Shown here: one piece after another, positions 20,841 to 27,874 of the stretch | How the letters are laid out: each line of letters starts with the position of its first letter | How positions within the stretch are numbered: the stretch's first letter is position 1 | Source of the DNA: Ostreococcus lucimarinus | Taxonomy: Eukaryota | DNA: 64,000 nt | Assembly (NCBI GenBank): GCA_000092065.1 | Contig: CP000591.1 | Strand: one strand, 5' to 3' | Notes under the pieces: generated by a model | Databases searched by the model: none | What the model saw: the letters and a program-made list of their open reading frames with translations, nothing else | Told to the model about the DNA's origin: nothing | Program-made: the position numbers and the translations under genes

Positions 20841-20934
20841 CGCGCGACGGGGCGAAGGTGATGACGAAGGATTCAACAAACTTGCTCTACGAGCGGGGAG
20901 AATTCTTTTGATGATGCTCGTTTCTTCGCGCGAT
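20841..20934 (+). promoter_or_regulatory. Putative eukaryotic SECIS element (form 2) in the SelW-like 3' UTR
   Basis: The ATGA core is at 20861..20864 and an unpaired AA lies 10 nt downstream (20875..20876). Helix II pairs gaaggattc with gaattcttt, and the 3' quartet TGAT is at 20909..20912. A mini-stem gctc/gagc sits in the apical region. Helix I pairs cgcgcga (20842..20848) with tcgcgcg (20925..20931). Confidence 0.45.
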
Positions 20935-21151
20935 ACCGCGCTTTGCGTCTGGTTATGATTTTTACTGTACCGGTACTATTGTAAGAGTACTCCGTTAGAC
21001 CATATTTATTACTCAACGATGAAGCGTTATACCGAGACGCTCGCGCGGTGCCTTCTCGAACGAAAACACGCGCATCGCGGCTACGAAGAATGTGAATAAT
21101 GCCAAATGTACGACATCGGTATTAAAAAATCGCTCTAACGCGCGCTCGCAC

Positions 21152-22389
21152 TTACACTCCCGTTACCTTGCCCTGAATGGAGTCTTCATCGGGCAAATCC
21201 TCGAACAGCTTCATCCAGTTCGGAATCCCAGCTCCAGACTTCCAAATCGTACCGTTCTTCGCCACGCCGAAGAAGACGTCGCGAACCGTTGGATCAAAAC
21301 CGGACGATTCGATTTGATTGATGATCCAGCGCTTCCAAGCTCCATTGTCCACAGGCATGAGCTTCAGCTTCTTGTCACCGCCGAGCAGCGCAGCCGCCGC
21401 ACTAGCGGTGAGCTCGGTGGTCTTTGAAGTCTTCGCTTTGCGTCTTCGCTGACCAAACGGCAACTCGTCTCCGGATTCTTCGCCGCTCTCGTCCATGGCC
21501 ACCGGTAAGATGACAATCTTATTCTTCGTCAACTTTTCCTTGAACCTCTCCAAACTTTCGAGGGTTTTTGTGATATGCTCTTCGCTCCCCGCGACGATGA
21601 AGACGCGATACGATCCGCGCAAGCGCGAAAACAACACATTCTTATCGCCGTCGCCGAGCGTCACGCCCAAGCGCCCCAACTCTTCCTCGCGCTCAACTTT
21701 CTGAATGATTTTCTCGCGCCCTTGAAGTTCACCGCGCAATAACACCGAGAACGCGAGGAGCCCGACGGTATTGATTCCTAAATTCGTCACCGTCTCGGTC
21801 AAATCGGGCGCGCCCTCGCCCCCCTGCACCGCCTTGATCAGACGCGTGCCGATGATGAACAAACCCAAACCCGCCCCCGCGGCTAATCCTCCGAATAAAT
21901 AAAGCTTGAAGAATCGAAACGGTTCTTGCGCCTCCGCGCGCAAATTCACCATCGTCGACGCGCCTCGACCTCCCTTCACCGCCGCCGCGACTTCTCCGTA
22001 CTGCGTCGACGCTCGAAACGCGTCCAAATCCGGGTCGCTCGTCAGCACCTTGAACTTCAAATTATGCACGTTCACCGCCGCGATGAGATCGTCCTTCGCC
22101 TCGTCGTACATGTTCATCTTGACGTATCCACACGCTCGATTATAACTCGCCGCCCTGGCCTCGTCTTCGTTCGGTTTCATCTCCAGCGCTCGCGTGAACG
22201 CCCGCGTCGCCGCCTCGTGTTCGCCCCTCTCGAACAATCGCAGTCCCTCGTTCACCGCCGTCGCCGCGTCCGCGTACGACGCGCGCGTCGTCGTCGACGA
22301 CGATTCGTCCGACGCGCGCGTTCGAGTCGCCGTTCGCACGCTCCCCGCGCGTCGTCGTCGCCTCGCGCCCGCGTCGTCCATCGTCGTCG

Positions 22390-22422
<33 letters not shown>

Positions 22423-22531
22423 CGCGCGTCGCGCCGGCGCGTCCCGCGTCGCGCGACGTCGCGCGCGCGCGTCGCCCCGCGCGCGTCGCGACGACCCGCG
22501 GCGCGCTCGCGCGGACGCGCGCCGTCGACAT
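21152..22531 (-). CDS. TPR-containing two-TM thylakoid-type protein, LPA1/REP27-like (PSII assembly factor-like)
   Basis: A presequence with a poly-Thr tract is followed by TPR repeats (EGLRLFERGEHEAATRAFTRALEMKPNEDEARAASYNRACGYVKMNMYDEA). There are two hydrophobic helices and a conserved Trp-rich C-terminal domain. The start was trimmed to the ATG at 22531. Confidence 0.5.
22376..22422. repeat. (GTC)n microsatellite inside a CDS, encoding the poly-Thr tract of the LPA1-like presequence
   Basis: It is a run of tcgtcgtcgtcgtcatcgtcgtcgtcgtcgtcgtcgtcgtc. Confidence 0.8.
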
Positions 22532-22590
22532 CGCGCGATGGGCGACGCGATAAGGCGCGGTGTGACGCCGAGGACGGCGATTTCGTCTTC

Positions 22591-22606
22591 GTATGGGCAA
22601 ACAGTG
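22591..22606 (+). promoter_or_regulatory. Recurrent motif GTATGGGCAAACAGTG (copy 3 of 5)
   Basis: It lies in the LPA1-like / O-methyltransferase divergent spacer, 112 nt upstream of the ATG at 22718. Confidence 0.4.
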
Positions 22607-22717
22607 TGATTCCTAAACCCCAGGACGGACGCGACGTCCGGACGCGCCGTCGCCGACCGCGCGCGACGCGCCGCAGGTGGCGACGCGCGCGAACGCGTCG
22701 GCGCGAGAAAGCGCGCG

Positions 22718-23692
22718 ATGGCGGCGCGAGCGACGCGCGCGCGACCGGGACGCGCGGTCGAGCGCGCGAGACGCGACGACGCGCGGAAAGGATGGCGAGG
22801 CAGAGGACGCGCGCGGGGCGCGACGAGGACGAAGACGACGACGACGACGACGACGACGGAGACGAGCGAGGAAGAGGAAGCGACGTGGACGCGAGCGAAA
22901 ATCGCGGTGCGACGACGGATCGAGGGCGGGGACGAAGACGTGTACGCGAACGCGCTGGCGAGCGAGGAGGCGACGACGCGGGACGACGACGAGACGCGAG
23001 CGACGACGTCGACGTCGAGCGCGACGCACGCGATGGATGTGTTGGCGTTCAGACGTCTGAGCGCGATGATGAATACGTTTGAGAAGAATGTGGAGACGCA
23101 CGGGATCGCGAGACAGGTGGTGGTGATCACGGCTGGGGCGGATACGCGGGCGTTTCGATTGCCGTTTCCGAGCGGAACGGCGATTTTCGAGTGCGCGGAC
23201 GGGACGGTGCACACGAAAGCGGCAGCCGTGATGAAGAAAGTTGGGGCGAAACCTTCGAAGGGGTGCTCGCACAGGCGCGTGCCGGTGGATGCGACCGCGA
23301 CAGACGCGGCTTATGGTGATTTAGAGGAACGTTTGGAACGCGCGGGATACCGCCCAGACGTGCGCTCGTTGTGGTTGGTGCAAGACGTACACGCGTGGGA
23401 TCACTCGCGGTTGTCGAATTTCATCACCGAAAGTGCGGATTTGATGACAACCGGGAGCGAACTCATCATAGACGCCAGCGCGTTGACGTCGACGGACGAC
23501 ATCATTCGTCGAGAATTTGCGTCAAACGGCGTCATGCCCGAAGTCGTGCGCATCCCCGCCGACGAAGGTCGAGAGCCCATTCGTTTAGTCTTAGGATGCG
23601 CCCAGCGAGTGTCGCTGAAGGAGTCGGAGTATTATCGTGAGCAATTGCGCGCCGCCGAGGACGAGGCTGACGAAGACGGCTTTGAGGACTGA
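22718..23692 (+). CDS. Leucine-carboxyl-methyltransferase-superfamily O-methyltransferase (bacterial TcmP/ML2640-like)
   Basis: The family signature VVVITAGADTRAFRL is present, with a WLVQDV motif downstream. The ATG at 22718 was verified. Confidence 0.55.
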   Translation: MAARATRARPGRAVERARRDDARKGWRGRGRARGATRTKTTTTTTTTETSEEEEATWTRAKIAVRRRIEGGDEDVYANALASEEATTRDDDETRATTSTSSATHAMDVLAFRRLSAMMNTFEKNVETHGIARQVVVITAGADTRAFRLPFPSGTAIFECADGTVHTKAAAVMKKVGAKPSKGCSHRRVPVDATATDAAYGDLEERLERAGYRPDVRSLWLVQDVHAWDHSRLSNFITESADLMTTGSELIIDASALTSTDDIIRREFASNGVMPEVVRIPADEGREPIRLVLGCAQRVSLKESEYYREQLRAAEDEADEDGFED

Positions 23693-23735
23693 TCAGCTTT
23701 TCACGAGCTTCATTAATGTACAACACGAAATTTGA

Positions 23736-26700
23736 TTACAACTTTGACTTCTTCCCGTCCTTTTCCTTCTTCTCCTTCTTCTCTTTCTTCTCTTTCTTCG
23801 CCTTCTTCGCCTTCTTCTCTTTCTTAAATTCATGCGTTTTACGCTTTTTGTCTTTCACCTCAGCCTCTGGCGCGTCTTCGTCCGCTTCGGAATCCTCGAA
23901 GACCACTTTTTTGCCTTGCGAGTCGCCGCCGCCTTGCTCCATCCAATCGATCGCCGTGTGATCGCTCGTGGAGTCGAGTGGTGAACTTATAGCTTCAGTT
24001 TCGATCAAATCATCTAGCCCTCTCGGATCAGATGCATTTTGAGCGCCGATACCCTTCTCCCGAAGCACTCGAAGCGTCTTTTGCATGTCAAATTCAGCTT
24101 CTCGTTGCGCTTTGCGCGCGGGCTGCAGCGCGAGCGGACTGTGCATCTCTTTCGCCTTTTCGCGCGATCCAACCACCATTCGTGATGAACGACTGAGCAT
24201 TTTTTGCTCAAATATCGGTAGAGCAAAGTCAAATCCAGAGTTTGGGCCGTGCTTTCGTACTCCATCAACCAAGGTGTCGGCAAGAAGGACGGCGTCACTC
24301 ATGGCTTGATTCGCACCTTGCGCCTTGAATGGAGTCATCGGGTGAGCGGCGTCACCAATCAACGTGACGCGACGCTTTGATTCATCAGTAGGGCGGAGTA
24401 ATACCGGATCGAGCAATTCCCTGTCGTACACTGGGTAGCCCGACATACAATCCAGCGGCGTGTTGCGAAGCAAATCTGGAACAGGGTCATGCCACTGCGC
24501 ACAACGCCGAACTATTTCCTCCTTTAGCGTCGTCGCATCTTTCGTGTATTGACGCGCTGTTTCTTCAGAGCATGGAAAAGATAGCTGCCACATAGTCGAA
24601 GTAGTCGTGAAGGGCATGGCATACAACCGTGTGGCGCCGTCGACCGTCTCAAAAATACGTCGATGCGCGAGCGGTACGTTCATTATCTTCTCATCCACGA
24701 TTCCTAGCACGACACACAATCCAACATAGTTCAGACGATCTCCTGGGAGGTCTAAATGACGTCGCACGGTTGAGAATATCCCGTCCGACCCCACGAGTAG
24801 AGCTCCATCGAGCTCGGTACCATCCGTGGACGCGACGGAGACTCCATTTTCGCGAGCCACAAAGCTCTTGAGCTTGCTATTCCAGCGAATAGTTCCCGGT
24901 TGCACAGCTTCGATGATGCGAGATCGAAGCACTTGACGGGGTATATGAATGAATCGTCCAGAATTTTGCACCTCGCGACGTTCACGCGACTTTGCTCCAA
25001 AAGCCTCTCCGAAAAATCCAATAATGTGCCCCTCTGCGTCAAAGGTGTAATGTGACGTCGAAGGAGCATCGTCTTGAGATATGTCAACGCCCATGGCTTG
25101 TATAGCGTCTTGGGCTTGCACAGTGAGCCCATATCCTTGAGCGCGCGCGTCAAAGCTTTCATCTGACTCCAACACGATGACATCGAATCCTTTGCTCTGC
25201 AATGCCACGGCTGCCGCCGCGCCTCCTATGCCCCCACCAGCGATTATAACTCGTCCACATTTCGAAACGTCGACGGGAGGACCGTATTTTTCATTGTTCG
25301 CGCCGTGTCGTTGCTGCTTGAGATGCTTCACCACACTATGCTGTCCAGCCGTCGTAAACGCCCACTCCAAATTGTTCAACTCTTCATCACTGAACTCATC
25401 CATGAGTCTCTTCACTGATCGAGCCAGCGCGGTAAACAACGCATCGTTTACTTGTCCGGAGTTTGCAAACGTCCAAGCGACGTTAACCAGATCTTGAGCG
25501 TTGAAATTATCCGCTTGGTGCTCGGCCGCGGATGCCAATGCGACAAAGAGAGCCTCGCTGAGTTGGCTTGCTTGGTCAAACGTCCAAACTATGTTGGCGA
25601 TATTCGGCGCATCTAAATCGTTCAGTCGATGATCCAATATCGATTTTCGCGCTGCAACAAAAAGTTTGGCATCATATCGACCGAGTTTTGCAAACGCCCA
25701 CGTGGTATTCACGAGGTCTTGGGTGTTGAAATCAGCCAAGCACCGTTCTGACAGGCTCGCCAACGAAGTGAATAACTTTTCGTCGTGATGACACGCCTTC
25801 CCGAAAGCCCAGGCGGTATTGGCAATATCCTGAGAATTAAACTCACTCGCATTCGCGGTCATTCTGCGCTCGATAGAACGACCGAACTTGGAAAAAAGTT
25901 CGGCGTCCAGATGCCCACATTTGGAAAAAGACCAAACCGTGTTCGTCAAGCCTTGCGCGTTCAAGGCGCTCAGGTGCCGCTCTGCGTGCTTGGCGAGCGT
26001 CGTAAACAATTTTGCGTCGTATTGTCCCGCCTTAGCGAACGCGTAGATGAGATTTGAAAAGTCTTGCGCGTTGAAATCATCCAAGCGTTCTTGCGCCTTC
26101 TGCGACATTGCGCGAAACAAACCAACGTCGACAAAGCCCGACTTTGCGAACCCCCAAGCCGTGTTCGACAAACCTTGCGTGTTGAACTCCCCCAAACGTC
26201 TCTCCACACACCGCGCCAGAGCTTTAAACAGCCTCGCGTCGGCGTGTCCCACCGAGGCGAACGCCCAGCAAGTATTCGTGAGCTCTTGCGAATTAAATCG
26301 CTCCGCGTGTCGCTCCGCCATCCTCGCCAACGCGCTAAACAATCGTTCACACTTGTAATCCGCCTTGGCGAACGCCCACGCAATGTTCGCCAACTCTTGC
26401 CCTCGATCGATCCCTCCCAAGTGTCGCTCTATCGCCTTCGCGAGCGCGGCGAACAACTCCTCGCTCCCTCCTCCCTTGGCCGCGCCGTGCGCCACGTTCG
26501 CCAGCTCCCGTCCCCCCATCTTCGATCGCTCATCCCTCACGAATTCGATCGTGTGCGCGATCAATCGTTCGTGCGCATCATTCATCCCGTCCCCATCGCT
26601 CGAGCTCGCCCGTTCACCGTCGCATCGCATCCGTCCGACGCTCGTCCACACCGCCGACAGGTGAATGTGATTCATCCGTCCCGCGCTCTCGTCTCGCAGC

Positions 26701-27008
26701 GCGTACACCTCGCGCAACGATCGCGCGTTCTTCACGTTCGCCGTCAGCAACGCCGGCGAGGGCGCGTTCCCGCGTCTCGCTCCTCCGCTCCCCCCCGTCG
26801 TCGTTCCCATCGTCGTCATCGCGTTCGTTTTCCTCGCCGCCGGCGCCGGCGTCGCGCCCAGTCCGCACGCCGCCCGCGCGTCCGCGCGCGACATCCCTCC
26901 GACCTCGAGCGCGCGCGCGCGCGCCTTCGCGCGCTCCTTCTTCCCCATCTTCTTTTTCTTCGCCGTCGCCGTCGTCGTCGCGTCGCCGTCGCCGTCGCCG
27001 TCGCCCAT
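23736..27008 (-). CDS. Octotricopeptide-repeat (OPR) protein fused to a C-terminal FAD-dependent monooxygenase domain, with a Lys/Glu-rich tail
   Basis: About 12 tandem repeats of roughly 38 aa of the type FNxQ[DE]LxNTxWAFAKxGxxDxxLFxALA form the N-terminal part. They are followed in the same uninterrupted frame by a Rossmann FAD motif (VIIAGGGIGGAAAAVALQSKGFDVIVLE), LVGSDGIFSTVRRHL and DAAHPMTPFKAQGANQAMSDA. The ORF-track start at 27017 is GTG, and the first ATG is at 27008. The tail KKEKKAKKAKKEKKEKKEKKEK is encoded by the polypyrimidine tract at 23749..23825. Confidence 0.65.
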   Translation of the reverse strand: MGDGDGDGDATTTATAKKKKMGKKERAKARARALEVGGMSRADARAACGLGATPAPAARKTNAMTTMGTTTGGSGGARRGNAPSPALLTANVKNARSLREVYALRDESAGRMNHIHLSAVWTSVGRMRCDGERASSSDGDGMNDAHERLIAHTIEFVRDERSKMGGRELANVAHGAAKGGGSEELFAALAKAIERHLGGIDRGQELANIAWAFAKADYKCERLFSALARMAERHAERFNSQELTNTCWAFASVGHADARLFKALARCVERRLGEFNTQGLSNTAWGFAKSGFVDVGLFRAMSQKAQERLDDFNAQDFSNLIYAFAKAGQYDAKLFTTLAKHAERHLSALNAQGLTNTVWSFSKCGHLDAELFSKFGRSIERRMTANASEFNSQDIANTAWAFGKACHHDEKLFTSLASLSERCLADFNTQDLVNTTWAFAKLGRYDAKLFVAARKSILDHRLNDLDAPNIANIVWTFDQASQLSEALFVALASAAEHQADNFNAQDLVNVAWTFANSGQVNDALFTALARSVKRLMDEFSDEELNNLEWAFTTAGQHSVVKHLKQQRHGANNEKYGPPVDVSKCGRVIIAGGGIGGAAAAVALQSKGFDVIVLESDESFDARAQGYGLTVQAQDAIQAMGVDISQDDAPSTSHYTFDAEGHIIGFFGEAFGAKSRERREVQNSGRFIHIPRQVLRSRIIEAVQPGTIRWNSKLKSFVARENGVSVASTDGTELDGALLVGSDGIFSTVRRHLDLPGDRLNYVGLCVVLGIVDEKIMNVPLAHRRIFETVDGATRLYAMPFTTTSTMWQLSFPCSEETARQYTKDATTLKEEIVRRCAQWHDPVPDLLRNTPLDCMSGYPVYDRELLDPVLLRPTDESKRRVTLIGDAAHPMTPFKAQGANQAMSDAVLLADTLVDGVRKHGPNSGFDFALPIFEQKMLSRSSRMVVGSREKAKEMHSPLALQPARKAQREAEFDMQKTLRVLREKGIGAQNASDPRGLDDLIETEAISSPLDSTSDHTAIDWMEQGGGDSQGKKVVFEDSEADEDAPEAEVKDKKRKTHEFKKEKKAKKAKKEKKEKKEKKEKDGKKSKL

Positions 27009-27046
27009 CGTCGCCACTGCGCGTCGCGCACTGCGCGTTCGGCGTC

Positions 27047-27763
27047 ATGGCGCCGGGCGTCGAGATGGTGCGCGTCGAGCGCGCCGAGCGCGCGTACGAT
27101 CGAGAGAAAGCGCTCGGTCGAGACGCCGCGAGCGTGTTCCCGTCGCTCGCGCGCGACGGCGACGGCGCCGCCGACGGAGACGCGCGAAAAGACGACGACG
27201 ACGCGACGCGCAAAAAGTTTGTCACCGAGAGCGAGCTCGAACGACTTCGCGCGCTCGGCGGGAGCGACGGCGGGGACGCGAGCGGCGCGAGCGACGCGCG
27301 AAACGACGACGCGAACGCGGGTAAACCGCTGTATCAAATCCTGGCCGAGCGCCGGGAAGAGAAAGATCGCGAGTTTCAAGAGCAGTGGGCGTCGATGAAG
27401 GTTGGGAAGAATAAACCGCTGGACGAGGAGGAGGTGGAATTTTTAGATGAAATCGAGAGCGAACGACGGGCGGCGGAGACGAAGAGGAAGCGCGAGGAAG
27501 ACGGTGAGTTAGAGGCGTTTAAACGGGCGCAGCGAGGGGACGATCAGGGAGGGATGACGACGACGAAGGGCGACGGAGAGACGGCGACGACGAGCGCGCC
27601 GGCGGCGGTGGTGGCGAGGAAGCGACCGTCCGCGGGCGTGCGAGCGAAACCGAAGACGGCGATCGCGAGCGAGACGAAGGAGACGGACGATGCGAGCGAG
27701 GGGCTCGGCGGTCTTTTGGGCGATTACGGCTCCGATTCGGACGACGACATCGCGGACTCGTAG
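27047..27763 (+). CDS. NIP30/FAM192A-like (PSME3-interacting) protein
   Basis: It is an acidic protein with the conserved NIP30 N-domain pattern (KPLYQILAERREEKDREFQEQW...KNKPLDEEEVEFLDEI). The ATG at 27047 is only 38 nt from the divergent OPR gene ATG. Confidence 0.5.
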   Translation: MAPGVEMVRVERAERAYDREKALGRDAASVFPSLARDGDGAADGDARKDDDDATRKKFVTESELERLRALGGSDGGDASGASDARNDDANAGKPLYQILAERREEKDREFQEQWASMKVGKNKPLDEEEVEFLDEIESERRAAETKRKREEDGELEAFKRAQRGDDQGGMTTTKGDGETATTSAPAAVVARKRPSAGVRAKPKTAIASETKETDDASEGLGGLLGDYGSDSDDDIADS

Positions 27764-27874
27764 TTCGGCGGCGCAAAGGCGGCGCGTCGAATTCGCTTCA
27801 TGTTATTTTGATGAACCAATCAAGCCTCATTCGCGCGCGCGCGTCGTCGTCAGCGTCGTCGACGTCGCGAAGAC

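Noticed and set aside
27017-27017. ORF-track start coordinates taken at face value
   Set aside because: Several reported M starts are actually GTG or TTG (for example 27017, 3670, 16230, 40474, 50544, 53338, 56852, 58528, 59219, 38379). In a eukaryote these are not initiation codons. I moved the starts to the first sensible in-frame ATG or built spliced models instead.
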